Below, in pieces: positions 1 to 9,205 of a DNA stretch of 64,000 bases; position 1 is the first letter of the stretch; the number at the start of each line of letters is the position of its first letter. Source of the DNA: Verrucomicrobiia bacterium. GTDB taxonomy: Bacteria; Verrucomicrobiota; Verrucomicrobiia; Limisphaerales; UBA11358. A program made the translations under genes and the position numbers. The notes under the pieces were generated by a model. The model was not told where the DNA came from. It saw only the letters and a program-made list of their open reading frames with translations, and did not search any database. Location: NCBI GenBank assembly GCA_036509895.1, contig DATCEV010000034.1, positions 13,437 through 77,436 of the forward strand. The letters are read 5' to 3'.

Positions 1-297
1 GTCATTGTTCAAATAATTCAAACCGTGCCGGTTGTAGCGTTTGATGACGCCAGTGACGACAATATCGCTCTCGCCGCTGGTCGCGAGATGATAGGTGCCG
101 TCCGTTTGCAATCGCTCGCGCAACGCCTGCGTCACCGCCTCGCCCAGGCGCGGTTCCAGCGTTTGATTATTGAAGGGCAGAATTTCAATGGATTTTTCAC
201 CGGCGACCGCGCCATTGACGGGACCCAAATGATAACCGGCGCAACCGGCGAGCAAGAGCGCCACGGCGCCCGGCGCAAAAAGATTTAACAGGCGCAT
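1..297 (-). CDS. LptE-like outer-membrane lipoprotein, N-terminal part (gene continues beyond window start)
   Basis: Reverse-strand reading from ATG at 297-295 gives MRLLNLFAPGAVALLLAGCAGYHLGPV...SIEILPFNNQTLEPRLGEAVTQALRERL. This is a signal peptide plus lipobox LLAGC, followed by the C-x-Y-H-L and 'PF-N-T' pattern I associate with LptE. It is missing from the ORF track because no stop lies in the window. Only 1 nt separates it from the upstream gene. Confidence 0.5.
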   Translation of the reverse strand, partial: MRLLNLFAPGAVALLLAGCAGYHLGPVNGAVAGEKSIEILPFNNQTLEPRLGEAVTQALRERLQTDGTYHLATSGESDIVVTGVIKRYNRHGLNYLNND

Positions 298-298
298 T

Positions 299-1306
299 TT
301 AACTGGCGGGAGAATTTTGCAGGCGCGTTTTTAGAATTTCCACGCGCTGGCGCGCTTGCGCGGCGTAACGCGAATTGGGATCCAGCTGCAATACTTCATT
401 GTAATAAACCAGCGCGCCGCGCCTTTTTTGATCGGCCTTCAGGATATGGCTCTTTTCGTAAAATTGCGCGATCTCAAAATTGCCGCGCACTTGTTCCGTC
501 TTGAGCAGCACCATGGCTTTTTGCGCATTCGTCACGCGCCGGTCATCGGGAAAAAAGGTGATGAAATCCGTGAACGCGGCGACGGCTTGCGACGCCGTGC
601 CTTGATCGTATTCGGCGGTCGACGCCTGTTTATACAAAGTCACGCCTTCACGATACATCGCATCGGCGGCGATGACGGGCTGATTTTGATAACGGTCGGC
701 GGCCGTCGCGTAAGCCTTCACCGCCGCCGGATAATCTTTTTCCTTTTCGCGCGCTGCGCCGATGCGCAATTGCGCGTGCGGCGCGACATCGCTGTAAGGC
801 CCGTTGTCCACAATTTTTGCATACAATTTCGCCGTCTCATCCATGGAAGGATAAAACGGGATCGTGTTCCACAGCCGGAACCATTCGCCGTTCAAGAAAC
901 GCCCGGCGATTTCGTATTGCCGCCACAAAACTTCCTCGTAATCGCCGCTGTGCGGATATTTTTGAATGATATTTTCGTAAGCCTTGAACGCCAGTTCGTC
1001 CCGGCCTTTCATTTCCAGGCAGCGGCCGATCAGATATTCCGCGCGCGGCGCATAATCCGACAGCGGCCAGAGTTTCAAGAGCCGATGCGAGGCGTGCAGC
1101 GCCGTCGAGTAATCGTGATCGATGAACGCCTGTTGCGCGACCGCCAATTGATCCTTCGCGCGCTCCCGCTGCCAATGGGACATCGTTCCCGCCGTTTCAT
1201 AATACCAGCCTTCGCCCGGCGTATAAATCAGCGGCGCGGGCGAATGAAACGGAACCAGCGCCACGAACGCGGCGAGCAAAAATAAAAAAATGAACCGGCG
1301 ATTCAT
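299..1306 (-). CDS. bamD: BamD/YfiO-like TPR outer-membrane assembly protein
   Basis: ORF 299..1393, trimmed to the internal start MNRRFIFLFLLAAFVALVP (signal-like). The protein is TPR-like throughout (YSTALHASHRLLKLWPLSDYAPRAEYLIGRCLEMKG..., C-terminal NFEIAQFYEK...ALVYYNEVLQLDPNSRYA), typical of the YfiO/BamD family. It sits in an operon with the lptE-like gene. Confidence 0.6.
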   Translation of the reverse strand: MNRRFIFLFLLAAFVALVPFHSPAPLIYTPGEGWYYETAGTMSHWQRERAKDQLAVAQQAFIDHDYSTALHASHRLLKLWPLSDYAPRAEYLIGRCLEMKGRDELAFKAYENIIQKYPHSGDYEEVLWRQYEIAGRFLNGEWFRLWNTIPFYPSMDETAKLYAKIVDNGPYSDVAPHAQLRIGAAREKEKDYPAAVKAYATAADRYQNQPVIAADAMYREGVTLYKQASTAEYDQGTASQAVAAFTDFITFFPDDRRVTNAQKAMVLLKTEQVRGNFEIAQFYEKSHILKADQKRRGALVYYNEVLQLDPNSRYAAQARQRVEILKTRLQNSPAS

Positions 1307-1331
1307 ACGGCAACGGTAACGATGTGAAAAG

Positions 1332-1409
1332 CAGTTGCAAGTTGAAAGTTGCAGATCGAAAATGAAATTTTCCCGCGCGCCGTCCGCCGGCAACTTTCAC
1401 TTTCAACTG
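1332..1409. repeat. Intergenic copy of the heptamer-stem hairpin repeat (same family as the two copies in recG)
   Basis: Left arm cagttgcaagttgaaagttgc (1332-1352) and right arm ggcaactttcactttcaactg (1389-1409) are imperfect reverse complements, separated by about 36 nt. Confidence 0.75.
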
Positions 1410-1419
1410 ATGACTCGTC

Positions 1420-1917
1420 TTATCCCCGATAAACAATCGTCACGCCGTAATCCGCGATCATCTTTTGCGTGCTGACATCAAAATACGAATAAGAAATCGG
1501 ATGAACACTGATGAGCTTCTCCTCGCCGATTCCCGTCAAAAATTTCGTGACCACTTCGTCGAACTTGTCATGGCCGGATTCCACGCATTGCGCGTGGCGG
1601 ATGGTGCGCAGGCTGATTTGTTTTTCGTCCGCAGTTTTTGCGCCCAGCGGCGGCTTGGGTTTGGCGATGAGCCTTTCGCCGGGCGTGTCGCGCACCGGCA
1701 CTTTGAGATGCTTCTCGACTTTGGCGGCGGCGGAAGTCGCGATGGGACTGGCCGTCAAAGGCGGCAACGGTTCTTCTCCGGAAGCCGAAGCTTTCGTGGA
1801 TGCCGCCGGAATCGTAATCGTCTCGCCGCAGGACGGACAATCAATCTCCGAGCCGGCCCCGCTGCTGTCCACCGCGAGTTCCTGGCTGCACTGAGGGCAA
1901 TCAAAAACAATATCCAT
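1420..1917 (-). CDS. Hypothetical protein with N-terminal CxxC...CxxC zinc ribbon
   Basis: ORF 1420..1974, trimmed to MDIVFDCPQCSQELAVDSSGAGSEIDCPSCGETITIP. A Pro/Ala-rich linker follows, then a compact about 65-aa C-terminal domain. I do not recognise a family name. Confidence 0.6.
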   Translation of the reverse strand: MDIVFDCPQCSQELAVDSSGAGSEIDCPSCGETITIPAASTKASASGEEPLPPLTASPIATSAAAKVEKHLKVPVRDTPGERLIAKPKPPLGAKTADEKQISLRTIRHAQCVESGHDKFDEVVTKFLTGIGEEKLISVHPISYSYFDVSTQKMIADYGVTIVYRG

Positions 1918-2001
1918 AAACGATTTGGTTGAATGGTTCGCTGTTCCCGACACTAATCCCGTCCGCCGCCACAAACCAGAAAAAAATTCGCGCGGAAAAA
2001 T

Positions 2002-3543
2002 TTATTCCCACTCAATCGTGCCCGGCGGCTTGCTCGTGATGTCAAACACGCAGCGGTTCACGCCCTTCACTTCATTGATGATGCGGCTCGCCAGTTTTTC
2101 CAGAAGTTCATACGGCAATTTCACCCAATCCGCCGTCATGCCGTCCTGCGATTCCACCGCGCGGATCGCAATCGTAAAATCATAAGTGCGCTCATCGCCC
2201 ATCACGCCGACGCTGCGGATCGGCAGCAGCACGGCGAAGCTCTGCCAGATTTTGTAATACAAACCGGACACCTTCATTTCTTCGACGACAATCGCGTCGG
2301 CCTTCCGTAAAATTTCGCAACGTTGCGGCGAAACTTCGCCCAGAATTCTCACGGCAAGTCCGGGGCCGGGAAACGGCTGGCGCAAAACAATTTCGCGCGG
2401 CAAACCCAATTCCAATCCAAGCTCGCGCACTTCATCTTTGAACAAATATTTCAACGGCTCGACCAATTTGAACTTCATGTTCTTCGGCAAACCGCCGACA
2501 TTGTGATGACTTTTGATGAGCGCCGCCGGATTTCCGGCAATCGGCACGGATTCAATCACGTCGGGATACAAAGTTCCTTGCGCAAGAAATTTCGCTTTGC
2601 CGACGCGCTTGGTTGCGGATTGAAAAACTTCAACAAAGGTTCGGCCAATAATTTTGCGTTTGCGTTCCGGTTCCGTCACGCCTTTGAGCCGTTGCAAAAA
2701 TAATTTCGCCGCGTTCTCATATCGCAATTTGATTTTGAAATGGCGTCCAAAAACTTCCTGCACCACTTCCGCCTCGCGCGCGCGCAACAAACCATTGTTG
2801 ACAAAAATGCAGGTGAGTTGATCGCCAACCGCCTTGTGCAACAGCGCCGCCGCCACGCTCGAATCCACGCCGCCGCTCAAACCGAGAATGACTTTTTCAG
2901 TTCCGACTTGCGCGCGAATTTCGTTCACGGCCTGCTCGGCGTAACTTTTCATCGTCCAATTTTTCCCGCAGCCGCAAACGCCGTGGACAAAATTGGAAAT
3001 GATCTCTTTGCCGCGCGGCGTGTGTGCGACTTCAGGATGAAATTGCAGGCCGAAAAATTTCCGGTCGCGATTTTCAATCGCCGCAAATTCGGAATTTTCC
3101 GTGACGGCGACGGATTTGAAACCGCGCGGCAATTTCGTGAGCTTGTCGCCGTGCGAATTCCAGACCTGGAGTTGTTCCGGCAAATTCGCGAACAGCGGAC
3201 AATGATTATCCGTCACGCGCAAATTGCCTTTGCCGTATTCGCGCTTGAGGCCTTGCTCCACTTTGCCGCCGAGAAATTGCGCGAGCAGTTGCACGCCAAA
3301 ACAGATTCCCAAAACCGGCAGCCCGAGCGCGAAAATATTTTTGTCCGGCAGCGGCGCATTTTTGGCATAAACGCTCGAAGGACCGCCAGACAAAATAATT
3401 CCACGCGGTTTCAGTTCGGCAATTTTTTTCGCGGAAGTCTTGTAGGATAAAATTTGCGAATAAACGTTGCCTTCGCGCACGCGGCGCGCGATGACTTGCG
3501 TGTATTGCGACCCGAAATCGAGGATGATGATTTGTTCGTTCAT
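2002..3543 (-). CDS. guaA: GMP synthase (glutamine-hydrolysing)
   Basis: ORF 2002..3651, trimmed to [24 protein letters not shown]. It has the GATase domain ([13 protein letters not shown]), the ATP-PPase motif LSGGVDSSV, and the C-terminal PPGTIEWE typical of GuaA. Confidence 0.95.
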   Translation of the reverse strand: MNEQIIILDFGSQYTQVIARRVREGNVYSQILSYKTSAKKIAELKPRGIILSGGPSSVYAKNAPLPDKNIFALGLPVLGICFGVQLLAQFLGGKVEQGLKREYGKGNLRVTDNHCPLFANLPEQLQVWNSHGDKLTKLPRGFKSVAVTENSEFAAIENRDRKFFGLQFHPEVAHTPRGKEIISNFVHGVCGCGKNWTMKSYAEQAVNEIRAQVGTEKVILGLSGGVDSSVAAALLHKAVGDQLTCIFVNNGLLRAREAEVVQEVFGRHFKIKLRYENAAKLFLQRLKGVTEPERKRKIIGRTFVEVFQSATKRVGKAKFLAQGTLYPDVIESVPIAGNPAALIKSHHNVGGLPKNMKFKLVEPLKYLFKDEVRELGLELGLPREIVLRQPFPGPGLAVRILGEVSPQRCEILRKADAIVVEEMKVSGLYYKIWQSFAVLLPIRSVGVMGDERTYDFTIAIRAVESQDGMTADWVKLPYELLEKLASRIINEVKGVNRCVFDITSKPPGTIEWE

Positions 3544-3633
3544 GGAATCAAACTGAAGGCGGATTCTCTTTGGACGGCGCGCGTTTTGCGAGAAAAATTT
3601 GCCAGCGCCGCGAAATTTCGTTACAAGATAAAT

Positions 3634-4245
3634 ATGAAAGCCTTTCTGCATCGCAAAAAAAAATCACCGGCTTTCTCGCTGATTGAACTTCTCGTGGTGT
3701 CGGCGTTGATGATCATTTTGACGACGATGATGTGGGGATTCGCCTCGGCCAGACATCAGCGCACGCAAAGGCAGCTTTGCGCGGACAACTTGCAAAAAAT
3801 TTATGTGTCCCTGCAAATTTACGCGAACGATTTCGGCGGCAAATTGCCGGAAAATACCAACGCCCAAACTTCCGAAGCCGTGTTGACCGGACTCGTGCCG
3901 CGTTACACGGCGGACACTTCCATTTTTATTTGTCCGGGCGGGCGCGACCCTCAAATCCCTTCCGGCGAACCGCTCGTCAATCACAAAATCAGTTACGCCT
4001 ACTACATGGGCCGGAGCCTGACCACGCCGCAAAATGCTTTGATGTCTGACCGGCAAATCAACACTTTGCCCAAAGTCGCGGGCGAATTGGTTTTTTCCCC
4101 GGATGGAAAACCACCGGGAAACAATCATTACAAATACGGCGGCAATTTTCTTTTTTGCGACGGCAGCGTGCAAGCGAGCAAGCCGCGCCTGGCGTTTTCA
4201 CTCGCCGCCACGCAAGGAGTCGTGCTATTAAATCCAAAACCGTAG
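3634..4245 (+). CDS. Prepilin-type N-terminal cleavage/methylation domain protein with H-X9-DG-like C-terminus (pseudopilin-like)
   Basis: Internal ATG at 3634 gives [29 protein letters not shown], a type IV prepilin leader/methylation motif. The C-terminus ...[18 protein letters not shown] resembles the H-X9-DG motif, with one extra residue. Confidence 0.8.
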   Translation: MKAFLHRKKKSPAFSLIELLVVSALMIILTTMMWGFASARHQRTQRQLCADNLQKIYVSLQIYANDFGGKLPENTNAQTSEAVLTGLVPRYTADTSIFICPGGRDPQIPSGEPLVNHKISYAYYMGRSLTTPQNALMSDRQINTLPKVAGELVFSPDGKPPGNNHYKYGGNFLFCDGSVQASKPRLAFSLAATQGVVLLNPKP

Positions 4246-4250
4246 TCGCC

Positions 4251-6551
4251 ATGAAAATCCGATGTTCCTGCGGCGCGAAGTATGAATTCGACGTCACGCC
4301 CGAAATGGCGCGCGAGCCGGTGAAATTTATTTGCCCGAATTGCGGCCTCGACTCGTCGGATCTCGTCAATGAACTGATCCGTGCCGAAATCGCGGAACAA
4401 TTTCCCGACGCAACTTCGCCGCCGCCAACGCCGGCGGTTTCGCGTTTGAAAATTTCGCGCGAAGAAAAAGTAATTGCTCCGCCGGAAACTGAATCCGTTG
4501 CCAACACTTGCCTGAAACATGGCGGCGCGCTGGCGACGGAAAAATGCGCCGTTTGCGGAAAACCGATTTGCCCCAAGTGCCTGGAACAGTTCGGCTTTTT
4601 TTGCTCGCCGTTTTGTCGGAGCAAAGCCGAGTCGCAAAACAAAAAAGCGCCGGTTTATGCCGGACAAAAATTTGCAGTCGAAGCGCGGTTCTGGCGCAAG
4701 GCGGGAATAATTTTTGGTTCGCTGGCGACCATTCTGGTTTTGGCCGTGGGTTTTTGGATTTGGTATGCGTGGTTTGGTTCGGTGCCGCACACTTATTTTT
4801 CCTTGCGCTTCGCCGACGATGATCGCGCTTACGCCGGCGGCACGCGACTTGTCGGCCCGGACCAAATTGTTTTTTTGCACGGCGGCACCTTGGCGCGTTA
4901 CGATCTCAAGACGAAAAAACCAGTCTGGTCGCAGGAGCTTGTCACGAAGGAACAGGTTGCCGCCATTGTCCAAATGGAAAATGAACAGCGCGCGCGCGAA
5001 AATGAATCAGATGAATTCAGCAGCGTTCCGCCGCCGGGTTCGCTGGAACGCAAGGCGAAAATCGCGCTGCAAAGAACGCTTTCGCTGCACGTCTCCGGAC
5101 AAAACATCTGGGTCGCCGCGCCCGGCAAGCTGACGCATTACGATTGGGACAGCGGCAAAATTTTGCAGGAAATTCCGGTGCCGGAATTTGGCGATGAAAT
5201 TGTCGAGCGCGGCGATGAATTGCTTTTGGCCGGCGCGCAATCCGTCATCCACGTCAATTTGGCGAGCGGCCAGACGCGCGCGGAAAATTTTTCTGAAAGC
5301 GGCGCGGCAAATGTCGCAACTGCAAACAGAGAAAATTCTGCCGGCGCGTTGGCAGCGGCGAGCGCAAATGGCCAGCCGACCGACGCGCAAAAACTTGCGG
5401 CGCAGGCGCAGAATTTGAATTTGCCCGGCAGACTGGCGTTGCCCGCGCTGCTCGGCAATGTTTCCTACGAACAAAAAATTGAAGCGGCGCTCAAAGATGA
5501 CAATTCGCGCCCGCCGCCTTCGCCAAGCGCGAATTCATTTGCGCGCGCTGCTGAAAATCCAGTTTTGATTCCTGATGAAAACGGGTTTGTGCAATTTTCC
5601 ACGCGGCTGGTTCAAAAAAATATCGTCGCGCACGAAGCGATGCGCGCGCCGCCGCAAAAATCGGTGCTCAACGATCCTAATTTGAACGTTTCGCAAACCA
5701 CCGAAGCCGAAAATGAAACGTTGAATGAAATGCAGCGCAACAATGGCGGCGACAAAGTTTTGGAGGACGAAAGCGTTTATCAAGTCACGCTTCATCGCCC
5801 GGATGCGTCGGGCATTCCCGATTGGACGGGACAAGTGGTTGGCCCGCCGCAATTGTTCGTTTTGAAAACTGTGAATGTTCTGGCCGCCGGCAAAACTGTC
5901 ATCGTCTTCGATAAATCCAACAAGAAACTTTGGGAAACCGCGCTGACTTATCCGATTTCCAATCTCAATCCACAGGTTGGGGAAAATAAATCGCAATTCG
6001 GCGAAGGTCCGTGCGTGGAACACGGCGGCACGCTTTTCGTTTTTGACGAAGCAGTTTTGAGCGCGTTCGATTTGGCAAGCGGCAACGCGCGTTGGCGTTT
6101 GCCGACCATCGGCGTTGTCGGTCTTTTTTTTGACGGGGAAAATAATTTGTATGTCAATACGACCACCGGCAATCCCGATGACATCAAATATTCGCGGCAA
6201 ATTGACATCTCCAAAAACACGGACGACCTGCTCCTGAAAATTGACGCGCAAACTGGAAAAATTCTGTGGCGCGCCACGCCCGGCGGTTTCATCTCCTATG
6301 TGTCTGGAAATTTCATTTACGCGGTCCTGTCGTATGATCCCAATCCGACCGACCAGGAAGTTTTGAACGACACCTTGCAAGGATTGCAACGGCCGCCTTA
6401 CCTTCGCCTCACGCGCCTCAATCCAAAAAACGGGCGCGCGATCTGGCAATATGATCAGGCTCGCGCGCCGGTGGCCGTTCGGTTCAAAAAGAATTTCATC
6501 GAACTCGTCTTCAAAAAAGAAGTTCTGGTGCTGAAATATCTGTCGCTGTAA
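4251..6551 (+). CDS. Membrane-anchored protein: two N-terminal zinc-binding modules, one TM helix, PQQ/BamB-like beta-propeller repeats
   Basis: ATG at 4251 (MKIRCSCGAKYEFDV...FICPNCG). A second Cys cluster is CLKHGG...CAVCGKPICPKC...FCSPFC, and the TM helix is AGIIFGSLATILVLAVGFWIWYAWF. Repeated 'G-x-x-x-W' blades follow (KKPVWSQEL, KKLWETAL, GNARWRLP, GKILWRATPGG, GRAIWQYD). Confidence 0.65.
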   Translation: MKIRCSCGAKYEFDVTPEMAREPVKFICPNCGLDSSDLVNELIRAEIAEQFPDATSPPPTPAVSRLKISREEKVIAPPETESVANTCLKHGGALATEKCAVCGKPICPKCLEQFGFFCSPFCRSKAESQNKKAPVYAGQKFAVEARFWRKAGIIFGSLATILVLAVGFWIWYAWFGSVPHTYFSLRFADDDRAYAGGTRLVGPDQIVFLHGGTLARYDLKTKKPVWSQELVTKEQVAAIVQMENEQRARENESDEFSSVPPPGSLERKAKIALQRTLSLHVSGQNIWVAAPGKLTHYDWDSGKILQEIPVPEFGDEIVERGDELLLAGAQSVIHVNLASGQTRAENFSESGAANVATANRENSAGALAAASANGQPTDAQKLAAQAQNLNLPGRLALPALLGNVSYEQKIEAALKDDNSRPPPSPSANSFARAAENPVLIPDENGFVQFSTRLVQKNIVAHEAMRAPPQKSVLNDPNLNVSQTTEAENETLNEMQRNNGGDKVLEDESVYQVTLHRPDASGIPDWTGQVVGPPQLFVLKTVNVLAAGKTVIVFDKSNKKLWETALTYPISNLNPQVGENKSQFGEGPCVEHGGTLFVFDEAVLSAFDLASGNARWRLPTIGVVGLFFDGENNLYVNTTTGNPDDIKYSRQIDISKNTDDLLLKIDAQTGKILWRATPGGFISYVSGNFIYAVLSYDPNPTDQEVLNDTLQGLQRPPYLRLTRLNPKNGRAIWQYDQARAPVAVRFKKNFIELVFKKEVLVLKYLSL

Positions 6552-6638
6552 AAAGTTCTACTTTTTCATCCGGCAAAAAAAATCCCTCCGCATTTGTTCG
6601 GCAAATGCGTTGGATAAACAGCGGCAAAACTGCGGCAA

Positions 6639-6824
6639 TTACTGCGCCGCCGGTGTGTTCGTGTCGGGCATCGCCGGGACATTCGTCGTAGTCATGTCCG
6701 GGGAGTTCGTCGTGGGCGTTTCCGGCACGGTGCTGGAAGTGTCTGTGTCATTCTTGTTGCAACCTACGAAGGCGAAGGTGGAAACCAAAGCCAATAACAT
6801 AACCAGCGATAATTTAATTTTCAT
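6639..6824 (-). CDS. Small Thr/Pro-rich lipoprotein
   Basis: ORF 6639..6854, trimmed to MKIKLSLVMLLALVSTFAFVGCNKNDT. This is a signal peptide with lipobox FVGC. A hairpin (6589-6609) plus T-run on the minus strand follows the gene. Confidence 0.5.
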   Translation of the reverse strand: MKIKLSLVMLLALVSTFAFVGCNKNDTDTSSTVPETPTTNSPDMTTTNVPAMPDTNTPAAQ

Positions 6825-6863
6825 ACAAGGCGAACTTTGCCGCAACCCGCCCAAAATGCAAAT

Positions 6864-8948
6864 TTATTTAATTTCGGAAAAAAACGATTTTGCTTGCGCT
6901 CGCGCCTGCCGGATCAAATCCAAATCCTCCGTCAGATTTCCAAAACGCAATTTCATCGCGCCGCTTTGCTCGCGGCCCAGCAATTCACCCGGCCCGCGCA
7001 ATTTCAAATCCACTTCGGCAATTTTGAAACCGTCGTTCGTTTCTTCCAAAATTTTCAGACGTTCTCGCGCCTCAAGATTTTTCACATCAGAAATTAAAAT
7101 GCAAAAACTCTCATGCGCGCCGCGCCCGATGCGCCCGCGCAACTGGTGCAACTGCGCCAAACCAAACATTTCTGAATTTTCGACCAGCATGATCGTCGCG
7201 TTCGGCACGTCCACGCCGACCTCGATGAGCGAAGTCGAAAGTAAAATCTGGATTTTGTTCGCGCGAAAATCGGCCATCACATTTTCCTTTTCCGCAGATT
7301 TCAAACGCCCGTGCAAAAGCCCGACACGAAATGGCGCGAACAATTTTTTAAGATTTTCAAATTCCGTCGTCACGGCCTTCAATTCTTTCGCGCCCGAATT
7401 TTCCACGCGCGGATAAACGACGAATGCCTGCCTGCCGGCGGCGAGTTTTTCGCGGATGAATTCCAGAACCTTCGGCAATTTTTCCGTCGCACGGACGAAT
7501 GTTTTTATTTTTCCACGACCGCCGGGCATTTCTTCAATCGTCGAAACGTCCAAATCGCCGTAAAGCGTCAGGCCGAGCGTGCGCGGAATCGGCGTCGCCG
7601 TCATCACGAGCAGGTGCGGATAATTTCCCTTGCGAACCAATTGCTCGCGCTGCGCCACGCCAAACTTGTGCTGCTCGTCAATTATCACTAGGCCAAGGTT
7701 GGATAATTGAAAATTTTCCGTGAAAAGCGCGTGTGTGCCGACGGTCAAAGTTGAAGGTTGAAGGTTGAAAGTTGAAGGTTTGTCCAAGCGACGCATTCCT
7801 GATTTTTCAACCTTCAACTTGCAACTTTCAACTTGCAACGAAGCGTCCTTCCGGCTGCCCGTTTGCAACAGAACTTTGACGCCCAAAGGTTCAAACCACT
7901 TCACAAAATTACGATGGTGCTGTTCCGCCAGGATTTCCGTCGGCGCCATGAGGGCGACGTTGAATCCGCTTTCAATCGCCATCAATGCGCTGCAAGCCGC
8001 GACCGCCGTTTTACCGGAACCGACATCGCCTTGCAACAATCGCCGCATCGGATGCGCGCCGCTCATGTCCGCGCGGATTTCGCGGAGAACTTTCGTTTGC
8101 GATTCGGTCAACTTGAAACCGAGCCGCGTCAAAAACGGTCTCATCAAGCGATTGTCGCCGCTGCACGGCAGCGCTTTGGCGTTCGTTTCAAATTTTTTTC
8201 GTCGCGATTGAATTTGCATTTGCAGTGAAACAAATTCTTCGAGCGCCAATTCTTTCCGCGCAATTTCCACATCCGAAATTTCTGCGGGAAAATGAATCAT
8301 ACGAATTGCTTCGCTGGTTGAAAGTTGAAGGTTGAAAGTTGAAGGTTTTGTGAGATCAACCGCGCCGGTTTTTTTAACCTGCAACTTGCAACTTTCAACC
8401 TGCAACATATTCGATTCCAACGTTCTCCAAATCAGTCCGCGCAGCCAGCGTTGCGGCAAACCTTCCGTGAGTGGATAAATCGGCGCGATGCGGTTGATGT
8501 GAATGAAACTTTCTTCGCCGGGTTCGATGACTTCGGTTTCGGGATGGTCCATCGTGCGCGGCTTGGTTTCCTTCAATTTTCCGAAGACGAAAACTTCATC
8601 GCCCATCGCGAAATAATTTTCCATGAACGGCAGATTCCACCAGCGGCAATGCAGTCGCGCCGAGCCGTCGTCCAAAATGATTTCAAAAACAGATTTGTTG
8701 CCGCCGCGAAAACGCTTGAGGCCGAGCGCGACAATTTTTCCGCGCGCGGTGAACGGCTCGTCTTTGGTGAGTTCGGAGATTTTGCGGAAATGCCGGCGGT
8801 CTTCGTAACGCTTGGGCCGGTGCAGCAGCAGATCTTCAATTGTGAAAATTTCCAGCCGCGCGAGTTGCGCCGCGCGTTCCGCGCCGACGCCCCAAAGCGA
8901 AGCGACGGGATTTTTCAGCGGCGAAATTTTAGTTTCCGGCGGCGACAT
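6864..8948 (-). CDS. recG: ATP-dependent DNA helicase RecG (with two in-frame repeat-derived segments)
   Basis: ORF 6864..8990, trimmed to MSPPETKISPLK. Motifs present: GDVGSGKT, MAPTEILAEQH, IIDEQHKFG, VMTATPIPRTL, STSLIEVGVDVPNAT, QLHQLRGRIGRG. Confidence 0.9.
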   Translation of the reverse strand: MSPPETKISPLKNPVASLWGVGAERAAQLARLEIFTIEDLLLHRPKRYEDRRHFRKISELTKDEPFTARGKIVALGLKRFRGGNKSVFEIILDDGSARLHCRWWNLPFMENYFAMGDEVFVFGKLKETKPRTMDHPETEVIEPGEESFIHINRIAPIYPLTEGLPQRWLRGLIWRTLESNMLQVESCKLQVKKTGAVDLTKPSTFNLQLSTSEAIRMIHFPAEISDVEIARKELALEEFVSLQMQIQSRRKKFETNAKALPCSGDNRLMRPFLTRLGFKLTESQTKVLREIRADMSGAHPMRRLLQGDVGSGKTAVAACSALMAIESGFNVALMAPTEILAEQHHRNFVKWFEPLGVKVLLQTGSRKDASLQVESCKLKVEKSGMRRLDKPSTFNLQPSTLTVGTHALFTENFQLSNLGLVIIDEQHKFGVAQREQLVRKGNYPHLLVMTATPIPRTLGLTLYGDLDVSTIEEMPGGRGKIKTFVRATEKLPKVLEFIREKLAAGRQAFVVYPRVENSGAKELKAVTTEFENLKKLFAPFRVGLLHGRLKSAEKENVMADFRANKIQILLSTSLIEVGVDVPNATIMLVENSEMFGLAQLHQLRGRIGRGAHESFCILISDVKNLEARERLKILEETNDGFKIAEVDLKLRGPGELLGREQSGAMKLRFGNLTEDLDLIRQARAQAKSFFSEIK
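7746..7839. repeat. Heptamer-stem hairpin repeat, copy inside recG (in frame)
   Basis: A run of GTTGAAG/GTTGAAA heptamers (7749-7780), a spacer, then the imperfect reverse complement ttcaaccttcaacttgcaactttcaacttgcaa. Translated as LQVESCKLKVEKSGMRRLDKPSTFNLQPSTL. Confidence 0.85.
8316..8406. repeat. Heptamer-stem hairpin repeat, second copy inside recG (in frame, same orientation)
   Basis: ggttgaaagttgaaggttgaaagttgaagg ... aacctgcaacttgcaactttcaacctgcaac. Translated as LQVESCKLQVKKTGAVDLTKPSTFNLQLSTS. Confidence 0.85.
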
Positions 8949-9014
8949 CGCCCGCACGATACAAACCTGGCGGAAGAGAATCAAACGCAACCCGCTTTGT
9001 CGCGGAGCGACGAT

Positions 9015-9171
9015 TGGAAATTAGCCCGGCACATCGTGCCGGGTTTGTCGTTCAAAATGAAAAAACGTCCTGAAGGGACGGCGGAAATGTGATGACGGTT
9101 TCCGGCGTCCTTTCAGGACGAAAAATGGTTTTCCGTGATGAACCAGACACTTCGTGTCTGGCTAATTTCCA
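9015..9171. repeat. Nested palindromic element (outer stem enclosing several inner hairpins), intergenic
   Basis: Outer stem tggaaattagcc (9015-9026) / ggctaatttcca (9160-9171). Inner hairpins: cccggcacatcgtgccggg (9025-9043), cgtcctgaagggacg (9066-9080) paired with its inverted copy cgtcctttcaggacg (9106-9120), and ccagacacttcgtgtctgg (9143-9161). Confidence 0.8.
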
Positions 9172-9205
9172 GTTGTCCCTGCGGGACGAAACGCGCGCTC
9201 CGAAC

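Noticed and set aside
356-1285. 309-aa plus-strand ORF overlapping the BamD-like gene (also 25..288 over the lptE-like gene).
   Set aside because: It is an antisense shadow ORF, Arg/Gly/Ile-rich with no recognisable motif. The opposite strand encodes a coherent TPR protein with a signal peptide.
7746-8406. Could the tandem 7-mer arrays be a CRISPR array or VNTR?
   Set aside because: The units are 7 bp without spacers, arranged as two complementary arms, and no cas genes are present. This is hairpin-repeat architecture, not CRISPR.
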